Assembly (NCBI GenBank): GCA_958267355.1
Contig: OY279575.1
Location: forward strand, 1,758,295-1,822,294
Direction: 5' to 3'
Length of the DNA stretch: 64,000 bases
From: an uncultured Alphaproteobacteria bacterium
Lineage (GTDB): Bacteria > Pseudomonadota > Alphaproteobacteria > JALCBB01
Position 1 is the stretch's first letter, and the number at the start of each line of letters is the position of its first letter. Below the pieces are notes generated by a model. That model did no database searches and was not told where the DNA came from. It saw only the letters and a program-made list of their open reading frames with translations. Made by a program: the position numbers and the translations under genes. Positions 38,392 through 48,976 of this stretch are shown piece by piece.

Positions 38392-41200
38392 TACTCTCTC
38401 GGATAAAAAGGCAGACAAAAAAGCCAAAGACGCGGACGAAAAAGAAACAAAACCCGCCCGCACAGCAGGCGGCAAACTAAAACTTTCAGCGCGTTCTGAA
38501 ACAGGACAGATTACGCAATCGTTTAGCCGCAATCGCACTAAAACAGTCCAGGTTGAGGTTAAGCGACGCACCGCCGCCAAGCCAAAGACAACTGCAAAAG
38601 CAACGGCAAAAACAGCAAGCAAAGCGGAAGCAAAAACTGCGTCCAAGACAGCGGCGAAGGGTACAGCTAAGGCAACTGCAAAGGCGGCAACGAAAACCAG
38701 TCCGCGCACAGGAGAAACAACAACGCGGTCAGGCTCCACCAGTCAGCGTGTGCGGGAAGCCCAAGCAAGTGCAAGCGCAGGGGGCTTGCTGGCTTCCGAA
38801 CAGACCGCTCGCCAACGAGCCGTAGAACAAGCCCGCGTCCGTGAGCAAGAACGCGCCCGCGAACAGGCGGCAAAGATTGCCAAAGTTGCGCGGGAGAAAA
38901 ACATTGTCTCCAAGGAAGAAAAAGTCGCAAATGCACCTGCACCTGCGTCTGCTCCTGAGGCGAAAGGCAATACGGGGCGGATGGTACGCCCATCAGTGGT
39001 GCGCACACGAGCAGAAGCACAGGCTGATGAACGCGCCGCCACGCGTTCGGCTTCGGCACGAGCGGCTTCTACGCGCACGGCGACTCGTCCGCCACGGGCG
39101 GGGCGGGGTGCGGCTGGAGAAACCCGTCCGCAAGGGCAAGCCCGCCCACAAGGGCAAGCCCGTCCGCAAGGACAAGACGGACAAACCACCAAGCCCCGCG
39201 AAGAAACAGAGTCGCGTCCTGCCAAGAGCAAGCGCAAGTCCGCTAAGGGGCCTGGTGGTGCGAAAAAGCGTGACGAGCCGCGTCGCCGTCAAGGCAAGCT
39301 GACAATCGCCCAAGCCCTTGAGGGAGAAGATTACGAAAATCGTATGCGCTCGCTCGCTGCGGTGCATCGCAAACGCGAGCGTGAGAAACGCGACTCGCTA
39401 GAACGCCTGCAGGGTGGAGCCGCAAAAGTTGTCCGTGAAGTGATTGTTCCCGAGACGATTGAAGTGCAAGAACTGGCTTCGCGTATGGCAGAGCGGGTAG
39501 ATGATGTTTTATTGCAGTTGCAACGGCTGGGTATGCGCGTGTCGGCTGAAGATGTAATTGATGCTGATACTGCAGAGCTGGTGGTTTCAGAATACCGCCA
39601 CAGAATTCGCCGCGTGACAGCACTGGATGTTGAAGAAGGCTTAGAGGGAGAAGAAGATAAATCTGAAGATTTAGTTGCGCGTCCGCCTGTGGTGACGGTG
39701 ATGGGGCATGTGGACCACGGCAAAACTTCTTTGCTGGATGCAATCCGCCGTAGCGACCAAGCCGACAAAGAAGCGGGTGGGATTACCCAGCATATCGGTG
39801 CGTCTTTTGTTGAGCTCAAGGGTGGGCGGCAGCTGTGTTTTATTGACACGCCTGGCCATATGGCGTTTACGGCTTTGCGGGCGCGTGGAGCGAATGTGAC
39901 CGATATTGTCATTCTGGTGGTGTCAGGAGAAGACAGCGTGATGGAGCAAACCCGTGAAGCCTACGACCATGCCAAGGCGGCGGGAGCTACGATAATTGTC
40001 GCGGTGAATAAGATGGACAGACCACAGGCGGATTTGAATCGTGTGAAGAATGATTTGCTGGCTTTGGGGATTGTTCCTGAAGATATGGGCGGAGAAGTAC
40101 AAGTCGTGCCAACCAGTGCCAAGACAGGAGACGGAGTAGAAGATTTGCTTGAAGCCGTGTTTTTACAGGGAGAGCTTTTGGCGTTGAAAGCCAATCCGAA
40201 GCGTGATGGGCAGGGTGTGATTTTGGAAGCCAGCTTAGAGCAGGGGCGTGGAGCGGTGGCTACGGTCTTGGTGCGGAATGGTACTTTGAAGGTAGGGCAG
40301 AACTGTATCGCGGGGCGGCAGTTTGGACGGGTACGGGCTTTGACTGATTGGCGGGGCAAGCGGGTCAAGGAAGCGACTCCTGCAATGCCTGTTGAGATGA
40401 TCGGCTTGGACGATGCACCCGAAGCGGGCGATGGTCTGCTGGTTTTGGAAAGCGAGCAACGCTGTCGGGAAATTGCTGAAACGCGGCGTGAACGCTATCG
40501 CCAGCAGACGATTGCTGCATCGGCGCGTTCTGACCCTGAAGATGTGGAAGATTTGCTCCGCCGTATGGAGCAACAAGACAATGAGACTCCTGTTTTGAAC
40601 TTTGTGCTGAAAAGCGATGTACGTGGCTCGGCGGAAGCGGTGAAAGCGGGGCTAGAAAAATTGTCGGGTGATGAAGTGGAAGTGCGTATCTTGCATAGCG
40701 GAATTGGCGGAATAAAAGAGTCAGATATTCTGCTGGCGAAAACGACAGGGGCTTCAATTTTTGGATTTAATGTGCGGGCGACTCCGCCTGCTCGTGCCCT
40801 TGCCGAGAAGGAAAAAATCACCCTGCAGTACTACAAAACGATTTACGAGCTGTTAGATGATGCCAAGGCGGCGGTGGAAGGTAAGCTTGCACCTGAGAGT
40901 CGCGAGCAGTCTTTGGGTGAAGCTGAAGTGCGTGAAGTTTTTGATATCACGCGCCACGGTCGCGTTGCGGGTTGTCAGGTACTAGAAGGAGTCATTCGCC
41001 GCAATGCACGGGCACGGGTGGTGCGGAGCGGTGAAATTCTGCACGATGGCAAGTTGCGTTCGTTGCGGCGATTTAAAGACGAAGCGGGTGAAGTGCGTCA
41101 AGGTTTGGAATGCGGCTTGAGCTTGGAGAACTTCCAAGACTTTGCGGCGGGTGACCGCATAGAGTGCTATGAGGTACAAGAAGTCGCGCGTAGCCTTTGA
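38384..41200 (+). CDS. infB: Translation initiation factor IF-2
   Basis: RPPVVTVMGHVDHGKTSLLD, DTPGH and NKMD motifs. Confidence 0.97.
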   Translation: MSDTLSDKKADKKAKDADEKETKPARTAGGKLKLSARSETGQITQSFSRNRTKTVQVEVKRRTAAKPKTTAKATAKTASKAEAKTASKTAAKGTAKATAKAATKTSPRTGETTTRSGSTSQRVREAQASASAGGLLASEQTARQRAVEQARVREQERAREQAAKIAKVAREKNIVSKEEKVANAPAPASAPEAKGNTGRMVRPSVVRTRAEAQADERAATRSASARAASTRTATRPPRAGRGAAGETRPQGQARPQGQARPQGQDGQTTKPREETESRPAKSKRKSAKGPGGAKKRDEPRRRQGKLTIAQALEGEDYENRMRSLAAVHRKREREKRDSLERLQGGAAKVVREVIVPETIEVQELASRMAERVDDVLLQLQRLGMRVSAEDVIDADTAELVVSEYRHRIRRVTALDVEEGLEGEEDKSEDLVARPPVVTVMGHVDHGKTSLLDAIRRSDQADKEAGGITQHIGASFVELKGGRQLCFIDTPGHMAFTALRARGANVTDIVILVVSGEDSVMEQTREAYDHAKAAGATIIVAVNKMDRPQADLNRVKNDLLALGIVPEDMGGEVQVVPTSAKTGDGVEDLLEAVFLQGELLALKANPKRDGQGVILEASLEQGRGAVATVLVRNGTLKVGQNCIAGRQFGRVRALTDWRGKRVKEATPAMPVEMIGLDDAPEAGDGLLVLESEQRCREIAETRRERYRQQTIAASARSDPEDVEDLLRRMEQQDNETPVLNFVLKSDVRGSAEAVKAGLEKLSGDEVEVRILHSGIGGIKESDILLAKTTGASIFGFNVRATPPARALAEKEKITLQYYKTIYELLDDAKAAVEGKLAPESREQSLGEAEVREVFDITRHGRVAGCQVLEGVIRRNARARVVRSGEILHDGKLRSLRRFKDEAGEVRQGLECGLSLENFQDFAAGDRIECYEVQEVARSL

Positions 41201-41204
41201 TGCG

Positions 41205-41777
41205 GTGAGTCCGCATCGGGTTTCTGGTGGCGCGGAGAGACATACGGTTTCTGACGCGGCGCGGGCGGCTTCGGGTCTTGTCCAACGCAAGGGAGCGCAG
41301 GGTGTGCGCAATCGGCGGCTGGCGATGCTGGTGCGTGAGGCTTTGGGTGAAGTTTTTGCGCGTCCTGAAGTTTTGCGCGCTCCCTTGTTGGAGCAAGCCC
41401 GTCTGACGGTCACCGAAGTGGATTTGTCTCCTGATTTGTCTTTGGCGCGGGTGAAGCTTTTGCCCTTGGCGGCTTCTTTGGGCGATGCTTGGGATGCAAA
41501 AACCATTGCGGCATTGGAAGCCGAACTTGCCGAGGCGACTCCGCGGGTGCGCAAGGCGCTTTCTGAACGCGTGGAGTTGAAACGCACCCCGCGTCTAGAC
41601 CTGCGCTATGACCGCCATCGCTTAGAAGCGCAAGATATGGAAGCCAAGCTGGCGCAAAGAAGTTTGGCACGAAGCCAAGAAACCGCTCGCCAAGATGCGG
41701 ATAAAAATACAGATGAAAATACAGGCGAAGGCACAAGTGAAGGTATAAGTGAAGGTGCAGGTGAAGATAGCAGGTGA
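41205..41777 (+). CDS. rbfA: Ribosome-binding factor A
   Basis: TVTEVDLSPDL..A.V and LKRTPRL...YD motifs; lies between infB and truB. Confidence 0.88.
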   Translation: MSPHRVSGGAERHTVSDAARAASGLVQRKGAQGVRNRRLAMLVREALGEVFARPEVLRAPLLEQARLTVTEVDLSPDLSLARVKLLPLAASLGDAWDAKTIAALEAELAEATPRVRKALSERVELKRTPRLDLRYDRHRLEAQDMEAKLAQRSLARSQETARQDADKNTDENTGEGTSEGISEGAGEDSR

Positions 41778-41798
41778 AGGTGCAGGTGAAGATAGCAG

Positions 41799-42812
41799 GT
41801 GAAGGTGCAAGCGAAGGCGCAAGCGCAGATGCAGGCGAGCGATAAGGCTAAACAGTCTGTGCGCAGACGCATAGATGGCTGGCTCGTCTTAGACAAGCCG
41901 CAGAACTTAACTTCTACGGCAGCTTTAGGAGCCGCAAAGCGATTGTTGTCGGCAAAGAAAGGCGGACATAGCGGCACATTAGATCCACTGGCAACGGGGG
42001 TTTTGCCTTTGGCATTCGGACAAGCGACAAAAACTGTGCCTTGGGTGATGGCGAGTGAGAAGACCTATCGTTTTACGGTGCGTTGGGGCGTTGAAACCGA
42101 TACGGACGATGCAGAAGGCAAAGTTGTCCGCGAGTCGGATTTGCGTCCGTCTCGGGCGGCGATTGAAAAGGCTTTGGTTAATTTTCGCGGACAGGTACGG
42201 CAGGTGCCGCCTGCTTTTTCGGCTTTGAAGTTAGCAGGAGTCCGTGCCTATGACCTAGCCCGCAGTGGAAAGACTCCTGACTTACCCGAACGCACTGTGT
42301 CGGTTTTTGCTTTTGACTTGCTGGAAGCCTTGCCTGACCAAGCTGAGTTTATCGTTCGTTGTGGCAGTGGTACTTATGTGCGGGCTTTGGCGCGTGATCT
42401 GGGGCGTGACTTACATTGTTTGGGCCATATCACGGCTCTACGCCGCACAGCGGTGGGGGGCTTTGGCGAAGCGGATGCAATCAGCTTAGACAGGCTTTCC
42501 GAACTTAGCGATGCAGACTCGGCTGAAGCGGTGCTTTTGCCTGTGGCGGCGGGCTTGTCTTCTTTGCCTTCACTGGTCTTAGACGCCCCCGCCGCCACAC
42601 GCCTTACCAACGGACAAACAGTAGAGCTAGCCTCTAAAGCACTCCAGCCAGAAGGCGCGACAGAAGCTCTAGCAGAAGCTCTAAAAGACGGCACTACAAT
42701 CGCAGTCTTTACCAATGGCACGGCTGGCAAAGCTGGGGGTTTACTGGCAATCGCCGAGTCAAGCCAAGGCCTTCTAAAACCCCTAAAACTCTTCCCCTTG
42801 CCCCAGAAGTAG
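41799..42812 (+). CDS. truB: tRNA pseudouridine(55) synthase
   Basis: GWLVLDKP, GHSGTLDPLATGVLP and CGSGTYVRALARDLG motifs. Confidence 0.96.
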   Translation: MKVQAKAQAQMQASDKAKQSVRRRIDGWLVLDKPQNLTSTAALGAAKRLLSAKKGGHSGTLDPLATGVLPLAFGQATKTVPWVMASEKTYRFTVRWGVETDTDDAEGKVVRESDLRPSRAAIEKALVNFRGQVRQVPPAFSALKLAGVRAYDLARSGKTPDLPERTVSVFAFDLLEALPDQAEFIVRCGSGTYVRALARDLGRDLHCLGHITALRRTAVGGFGEADAISLDRLSELSDADSAEAVLLPVAAGLSSLPSLVLDAPAATRLTNGQTVELASKALQPEGATEALAEALKDGTTIAVFTNGTAGKAGGLLAIAESSQGLLKPLKLFPLPQK

Positions 42813-42926
42813 CGTGAGAAGTGGCGTGGTGTTTGTCTGTGCTTACCCTTGACGGGTTGGCGGGGGTGTGGCACAAATGGGGGGAACGAACAACAGAAAT
42901 AAAGACAGAGAGAAAGAAACACAGGG

Positions 42927-43190
42927 ATGAGCCATCCTGACAAGCGAGCGATCATCGATGAATATCGCTCCGCCAGTGCGGACACAGGATCACCAGAAGT
43001 GCAAATCGCGCTTTTTACGCATCGTATCCGCCATTTGACTGAGCATCTGAAAATCAACAAAACCGACCACGCATGCCGACGCTCGCTACTCAAGCTCGTC
43101 GGTCGCCGTAGGCGGTTGCTGGCATACCTGCGGCGTGAAGACGCAGAACGACACAGCAAGTTGATCGAGAAGCTGGGACTACGCGGTTAG
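42927..43190 (+). CDS. rpsO: 30S ribosomal protein S15
   Basis: [16 protein letters not shown] and LGLR motifs. Confidence 0.96.
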   Translation: MSHPDKRAIIDEYRSASADTGSPEVQIALFTHRIRHLTEHLKINKTDHACRRSLLKLVGRRRRLLAYLRREDAERHSKLIEKLGLRG

Positions 43191-43294
43191 TCAGCAGCTT
43201 GGCTTGCGCGGCTTGTCCGCGTCCTGAAACAGAGAAAACACAACGAGCCACGCTACGGCACTCCTGTGCGGAGGGCTTGTCGCGTTGCTTCGCT

Positions 43295-43430
43295 AACCAC
43301 ACGCAAACCACGCGCAAATCACGCGCACAACACACACGCAAATCACGCGCACAACACACGCGCACAACACACACGCAAACCACACGCACAAATCACGCGT
43401 ACAACACACACACGCACAACACGCGCACGC
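43295..43430. repeat. A/C-rich low-complexity tandem array (cacacgcaaa / cacgcgcacaa)
   Basis: Visible periodicity. Confidence 0.8.
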
Positions 43431-43559
43431 TTGAGTCGTTTGTTCTAGGTAAGGCTTTGCCTTAAGAGCCGAAGACTTGTAGCGCAGACTTCAACACAGA
43501 CTCCAACGGGGACAAACAAAATCCCCGCAGGGAATAAAAAAGGAATACGGAGAACAAAA

Positions 43560-45794
43560 ATGTTTCAAATCCACAAAGAAACTACCGAGTGGGCAGGACG
43601 CACACTTACCCTAGAAACAGGACACATCGCTCGCCAAGCCGATGGTGCAGTCGTTGCAACCTATGGCGATACAATTGTTTTGGCAACGGCGGTGGGGGCA
43701 CGGACTCCGCGGGCGGATTTAGATTTCTTTCCGCTGACGGTGCATTACCAAGAGAAAAGCTACGCCGCAGGAAAAATTCCAGGCGGATTCTTCAAACGCG
43801 AAGGTAGGCCAACAGAAAAGGAAACTTTAACTTCGCGGTTGATTGACAGGCCAATTCGTCCGCTGTTTCACAAGGACTACAAAAACGAAACCCAGGTCAT
43901 CGCCACCGTGCTAAGCCACGACCAGGAGAATGATCCTGATATTGTGGCGATGATTGCGGCTTCGGCGGCTTTGACTTTGTCGGGTATGCCGTTCTTGGGG
44001 CCAATCGGAGCCGCACGAGTCGGCTATCGTGATGGCGAGTACTTGATTAATCCGACTTTGGCTGACCGTGAAGACACCAAGCTGGACTTGGTGCTCGCTG
44101 GCACAGCAGAAGGCGTGTTGATGGTAGAAAGTGAAGCCCACGAGCTGTCTGAAGATGTAATGCTGGGGGCAGTGCTTGCGGGGCACGAGTCTATGCAGTC
44201 TGTGCTGGATGCCATTCGCCGTCTTGCCGAGTCAGCGGCAAACGAGCCATGGGAGTTAACGCCACCGCCAGCCCGTAAAGCCGAGCTGGCGGAAGCTTTG
44301 GCGGCAAGCTGGGCAAATCCGTTGCGTGAAGCCTATGCCATCGTGGATAAGCTCGCCCGCCGCGATGCCATCGCCACGGTCAAGGAGCAAGCGAAAGAAG
44401 CCCTTGCCACCCAAGAAGGAGACGAAACGCTTTTCTCGGGTGTGTTTAAGGCTTTGGAAGCAGATCTTGTCCGCCGTGCGATCTTGGATAAAAAAGTGCG
44501 CATTGACGGACGCAAAACTGATGAAGTTCGTGAAATCGTTTGCGAAGCGGGAATTTTGCCGCGTTCGCATGGCTCGGCACTTTTTACGCGGGGTGAAACG
44601 CAAGCCCTTGTCACCGCCACGCTCGGCACAGGACAAGACGAGCAGATTGTTGATGGTTTGGCAGAAAACTATCGCGAGTCGTTTATGCTGCACTATAACT
44701 TTCCGCCTTACTCGGTGAACGAGACGGGGCGTATGTTAAGCCCTGGTCGGCGTGAAATCGGACACGGTAAGTTGGCGTGGCGGGCAGTGCATCCGTTGCT
44801 GCCTGAGAAGGAAGATTTTCCCTATACCTTGCGGATTGTTTCGGAAATTACCGAGTCCAATGGCTCGTCTTCTATGGCGACTGTCTGCGGGACTTCGCTT
44901 GCCTTGATGGATGCAGGGGTACCGTTGAAAAGTCCTGTGGCGGGAATTGCTATGGGCTTGATTTCTGAAAGCGATGGCTTTGCTGTCCTGTCGGATATTC
45001 TGGGCGACGAAGACCATCTGGGCGATATGGACTTCAAAGTCGCTGGCACAGCCGAAGGAATTACTTCCCTGCAGATGGATATTAAAATTACTTCCATCAC
45101 GCCCGAGATTATGCGTACTGCTTTGGCTCAAGCCCACGGTGGGCGGATTCATATCTTAGAGAAGATGAACGAAGCTTTAGAAAGTCCGCGTGAAGAAATG
45201 TCGGATTTTGCTCCGAAGATGGAAACGCTCGTTGTCGCCAAAGAAAAAATACGCGATATCATTGGCACAGGCGGTAAGGTAATCCGTGAGCTTTGTGAGA
45301 CCACGGGTACCAAGATTGAAGTGGATGATGAAGGCGTGGTTAAGGTGGCGGCTCCTGATGGCAACGCGGTGGCGGAAGCGGTGGCGCGAATCCAAGCCAT
45401 TGTCGCCGAGCCCGAGCTGCACGAAGTCTATGACGGGAAAGTCGTGAAGATTATGGATTTCGGTGCCTTCGTGAATTTCCTTGGTGCTAAGGATGGGCTG
45501 GTGCATATCTCGCAACTTGTCCCCGAGCGGGTTGAGTCGGTGGAAGATATTGTCTCAGAAGGAGACCAAGTCAAAGTGCAGGTTATTGGCTTTGACGATC
45601 GGGGGCGGGTTAAGCTTTCTATGCGGACCGTAGACCAAGAAACGGGCGAAGTCGTGGAAGATCCGCCACCGCCGCCATCTAGAGACCGCGAACGGCGGGG
45701 CGGCGGACGCGACGATAGACGCGATGATAGGCGGGGCGGCAATCGCGGACGCGATGGCGGAGACAGGCGCAGGAGTCGCCCGCGTTATGACTAA
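43560..45794 (+). CDS. pnp: Polyribonucleotide nucleotidyltransferase
   Basis: [25 protein letters not shown] and ESNGSSSMA motifs; KH and S1 domains. Confidence 0.97.
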   Translation: MFQIHKETTEWAGRTLTLETGHIARQADGAVVATYGDTIVLATAVGARTPRADLDFFPLTVHYQEKSYAAGKIPGGFFKREGRPTEKETLTSRLIDRPIRPLFHKDYKNETQVIATVLSHDQENDPDIVAMIAASAALTLSGMPFLGPIGAARVGYRDGEYLINPTLADREDTKLDLVLAGTAEGVLMVESEAHELSEDVMLGAVLAGHESMQSVLDAIRRLAESAANEPWELTPPPARKAELAEALAASWANPLREAYAIVDKLARRDAIATVKEQAKEALATQEGDETLFSGVFKALEADLVRRAILDKKVRIDGRKTDEVREIVCEAGILPRSHGSALFTRGETQALVTATLGTGQDEQIVDGLAENYRESFMLHYNFPPYSVNETGRMLSPGRREIGHGKLAWRAVHPLLPEKEDFPYTLRIVSEITESNGSSSMATVCGTSLALMDAGVPLKSPVAGIAMGLISESDGFAVLSDILGDEDHLGDMDFKVAGTAEGITSLQMDIKITSITPEIMRTALAQAHGGRIHILEKMNEALESPREEMSDFAPKMETLVVAKEKIRDIIGTGGKVIRELCETTGTKIEVDDEGVVKVAAPDGNAVAEAVARIQAIVAEPELHEVYDGKVVKIMDFGAFVNFLGAKDGLVHISQLVPERVESVEDIVSEGDQVKVQVIGFDDRGRVKLSMRTVDQETGEVVEDPPPPPSRDRERRGGGRDDRRDDRRGGNRGRDGGDRRRSRPRYD

Positions 45795-46015
45795 CACGGC
45801 TCTATAAGCCGCTTAACACGGCTCTACCGAGTTATGATTAAAGCGGCTCTACGGGGCGATTAGCCTATTCTCTCCGCGTTATGACTAATACGGCTCCACA
45901 GGGCGATTAGCGTGGCTCTACCGAGTTATGATTAAAGCGGCTCCACGGGGCGATTAGCGTGGCTCTGCCGAGTTATGATTAAAGCGGCTCCACAGAGCGA
46001 TTAGCGTGGCTCTGA
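45785..46015. repeat. Degenerate tandem array derived from the pnp 3' end
   Basis: gttatga(c/t)taa..cggctc recurs five times, starting at the pnp stop codon. Confidence 0.8.
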
Positions 46016-46043
46016 AGCCCGCTTTGAAGCCCAACCCAAAGCG

Positions 46044-46070
46044 AAGCCCCCGCCCAAAAGCGGGGGCTTT
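46044..46070 (+). terminator. Rho-independent terminator after pnp
   Basis: aagcccccgc-loop-gcgggggctt-t. Confidence 0.7.
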
Positions 46071-46261
46071 ATACTTGCTGTTTGCGATTCTAATCAGGGT
46101 ATAATTGCGCCGATTCGTTTTTCCGCCAAATCGCGACTCCAAATCGCGACTCCAGCGAGTCGCCAACAGGCGGGGAAATGAAATCAGAAATGGAAGCTCG
46201 GGAGATTAAACTCCCAAAGAAGCCACACAGGAAATCAAGGGGGAATCAAGGGGGAAACGCT

Positions 46262-46657
46262 ATGTCCGAAGAAAACAACGCAGGCAGCTCGCCAATGAAC
46301 AAAGCCGCAGAGCTGCTCACCATCAAAGGAATGCCAAGCGTGGTCTGGCTGGTGCCTGCACTTATCCTGCTTATCGCTTGCGTGCCAACCGAGTGGGCAA
46401 GCTGGTACTACGAAACCCTGCGTTGGGTTTCGTCTCTGTGCTTCCTTTCCATCATCGCCGCTGAGTGGCGGGTTAAGACCGCAGAACGCACACCATGGAT
46501 TCTGCTCTATGTCTTTTTGCTGGTGATTTTCAATCCGTTTTATGTGATGTCTTTTGAAGTTCAGGCGCACTGGATCATGATGGATGTACTGGGGATTGTG
46601 ATCTTGCTGATACACTGGCTGGAAGTCCGCCGCGAAAGAAAGACAGAAATGGCGTGA
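46262..46657 (+). CDS. Small integral membrane protein (DUF6804-like)
   Basis: Four hydrophobic segments; YY..LR and IFNPF......W..MD motifs. Confidence 0.6.
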   Translation: MSEENNAGSSPMNKAAELLTIKGMPSVVWLVPALILLIACVPTEWASWYYETLRWVSSLCFLSIIAAEWRVKTAERTPWILLYVFLLVIFNPFYVMSFEVQAHWIMMDVLGIVILLIHWLEVRRERKTEMA

Positions 46658-46664
46658 AGGGGCT

Positions 46665-46945
46665 GAAAGGCACTAGAAGCCGCTAGAAGTCGCTAGAAGC
46701 CACCAGAAGCCACTAGAAGTCGCTAGAAGCCACTAGAGCCACTGGGAAGCACCAGAAGGCACATAGAATCGCCAGAAGGGGTATTGCGGCACCAGAAGGG
46801 CTAAAAGCCACCAGAAGCCGCTAGAAGCCACCAGAGCCACTGGGAAGCACCAGAAGGCACATAGAATCGCCAAAAGGGGATATACGGCACCAGAAGGGCT
46901 AAAAGCCATCAGAAGCCACTAGAAAGCACTAGAAGGGGTTTAGAA
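46665..46945. repeat. Degenerate ~10-bp array (gccactagaa) with ~98-bp higher-order duplication
   Basis: gagccactgggaagcaccagaaggcacatagaatcgcca at ~46736 and ~46834. Confidence 0.85.
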
Positions 46946-47011
46946 GGCACAGACAGCCACGCCCCACCGCTCAAAGTCCGTTAGGGCTTTACCTATCGCT
47001 TAGGGGCTTGC

Positions 47012-47635
47012 CTATGGCGTGTGCGATTTCGCCCGCCATTTCTGCTTGCGTAGAGTCAAATAAAATGCACCTGCTCCGCCGTGGTGCGGATAGGCTTCTT
47101 GCCAAGCAATCACCCAAGCCGCGTTGTCAGGCCGTTCAAGCCATTTCGGAAGCTCACGGCGGATTGCACCCTGCGGTCTGCCATCTGCGTCTCTCCCTTG
47201 CCCTGTGACAACAAGCACAAGCCGCGTACCATCCGTGGCGTGAGCTTGAATAAAAACTTCTAACTGCCGCTCGGCTTCGGCTAGGGTTTTGGCGTGTAGG
47301 TCTAGTTTTGCTCCTACAGGCTTGCGGCGGTTTTTTAAGTCGCGGTCTAGTTGGCGGCTGAGTCCGTAGTTTGGCTTGGGCGGAAACTGCGGCTTAACGG
47401 GTTTCGGTGCGGGCGCAACTTGGCGGGGCTTTGTGGCTTTTCCTTTTACGCCTTTTGTGGCTTGTGGCTTGTCTGGTGGCTTGGCTTGTTGTTTAGGCTT
47501 GGCAGGGGCTTTAGCCAGCGGGGTTTTGCGCCCCTTCAGGGGGCGGGTTTCACGCCGCACCCTGTCCCAAAGTGCTTGGCTGTCTTCTTGGGCTTCTGTG
47601 GGGCTTAGAGTGGGCTGTGGCGCACGTTTAGACAC
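47012..47635 (-). CDS. Smr/MutS2 domain protein
   Basis: LDLH..T..EA, LVVTG.G and HHGGAGAFY..LRK motifs. Confidence 0.9.
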   Translation of the reverse strand: MSKRAPQPTLSPTEAQEDSQALWDRVRRETRPLKGRKTPLAKAPAKPKQQAKPPDKPQATKGVKGKATKPRQVAPAPKPVKPQFPPKPNYGLSRQLDRDLKNRRKPVGAKLDLHAKTLAEAERQLEVFIQAHATDGTRLVLVVTGQGRDADGRPQGAIRRELPKWLERPDNAAWVIAWQEAYPHHGGAGAFYLTLRKQKWRAKSHTP

Positions 47636-47637
47636 AA

Positions 47638-48294
47638 CTATACCCGTTCAGACAAGCGAATTGCCGCTTTGGTGATTCCGCGAATCGCAAAACGTAAGGC
47701 AGGGTAGCCCGTAGCTTCTTCTCCGCCACTGGCACGGGCAGTTTCGCGGTGTGCCGCTTCTTCTTCCGCAAACCGCGCTAGCTTCTGGCGTAAGGCAGGA
47801 CTTCCCGTAGCACTTTTCTCTAAAGCTTCCACCTGGTCGGCGTAGTGCCCTTCAATGACTTCTTCCACGGCAATCGTGCAAGCCATCGCCGCCTTGGCTC
47901 CAAGCAAGCCTGTTGTGGCTCCTAGCAACCAGCCGCCGATATGCCACGCAGGTTGCAAAGCTGTCGGACGCACCCGCTCCTGATGTAGCAGTTGATTAAA
48001 GGCTTCTAGGTGTTCGCGTTCTTGCTCTAGCATTTCGCGCACGGTCGCTAGAGTTTCTGCATCCGCCGCTCCGCTTTTTTCTAGAGCCGCGAGTTGCCCT
48101 TCGTAGATCCGTTGGGCTCCGTATTCGCCCGCATGATCAACCCGCAAAGCACGGGCTAGGGCTGGCTCGGCTTTTTGGCGTGGGGCTTTGTCCGTTGCTT
48201 TCTTTCTGGGCTTCTTTTTGGACTTTGTAGCCTTGCTTGTAGTCTTGCCCGTGGTTTTGCTTGTGGTTTTGCTTGTGGTTTTGCGTTGGGTCAC
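47638..48294 (-). CDS. coq7: Demethoxyubiquinone hydroxylase (COQ7 family)
   Basis: RVDHAGEYGA..IY.GQ, RPTAL.P.W and AMACT.AVEEVI..HY motifs. Confidence 0.92.
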   Translation of the reverse strand: MTQRKTTSKTTSKTTGKTTSKATKSKKKPRKKATDKAPRQKAEPALARALRVDHAGEYGAQRIYEGQLAALEKSGAADAETLATVREMLEQEREHLEAFNQLLHQERVRPTALQPAWHIGGWLLGATTGLLGAKAAMACTIAVEEVIEGHYADQVEALEKSATGSPALRQKLARFAEEEAAHRETARASGGEEATGYPALRFAIRGITKAAIRLSERV

Positions 48295-48821
48295 GGTTCG
48301 CTTGCCTCCTGTAGCGGAGCTTTACGCCTTGTCCGTAGAAGCAGGAAGGCTAAAGCGGCAGTGGCACAGGCTGAATAGACCAAGTTCCAGCCCGCAATGG
48401 AAAGCCCAAGGAAAGTCCAAGGAGCTAAATCACAACGCACAGGCTTGCGCTCTAAGATGTCAGCAAAGGCACTGCCCGCTTGGCTCAAGTCCAGAGACGG
48501 ACTCGCACAGACAAGCACGGGAATAACTCCCGCTTCGGTCAAGACATGCCACAGAGCTAATCCCGTAGAAGCAAGCAGGGCAATCAAGGCAATAGACAAA
48601 AACACAAGGGCAAGGCGGGTTCGTGCCTGCAGATGAAGCAGATTTCCTGCCGCAACTACGCCTGCGGCTAGGGCTGTCATATGGGCGTAGCGTTGCCACC
48701 AGCACAGGCGGCAGGGTTCAAGTGCCAAGTGTTGCTCAAAGTAGAGATAGGCGGCGAGTAGGGCTATGCCCGTGGCTAAGACCACGAACAAAGCCGCAGG
48801 AAGTAAGGGATGAGCTTGCAT
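48291..48821 (-). CDS. dsbB: Disulfide bond formation protein B
   Basis: PCRLCWWQR, second Cys pair and W.FLGLSIAGWN motif. Confidence 0.88.
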   Translation of the reverse strand: MQAHPLLPAALFVVLATGIALLAAYLYFEQHLALEPCRLCWWQRYAHMTALAAGVVAAGNLLHLQARTRLALVFLSIALIALLASTGLALWHVLTEAGVIPVLVCASPSLDLSQAGSAFADILERKPVRCDLAPWTFLGLSIAGWNLVYSACATAALAFLLLRTRRKAPLQEASEP

Positions 48822-48854
48822 CAGGGCGATTATACAGCGGGGCGTAGCTTAAAC

Positions 48855-48976
48855 AGGCTAGGCAGGGCTAGGAAGGCTAGGCAGGGTAAAAAGGCTAGGA
48901 AGGGTAAAAAGGCTAGGAAGGGTAAAAAGGCTAGGCGGGGTAGGTTAGGGCTAGGCAGGATAAGGCGGGGTTAGGT
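48855..48976. repeat. Degenerate array (aggctagg / agggtaaaa)
   Basis: Visible periodicity. Confidence 0.8.
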
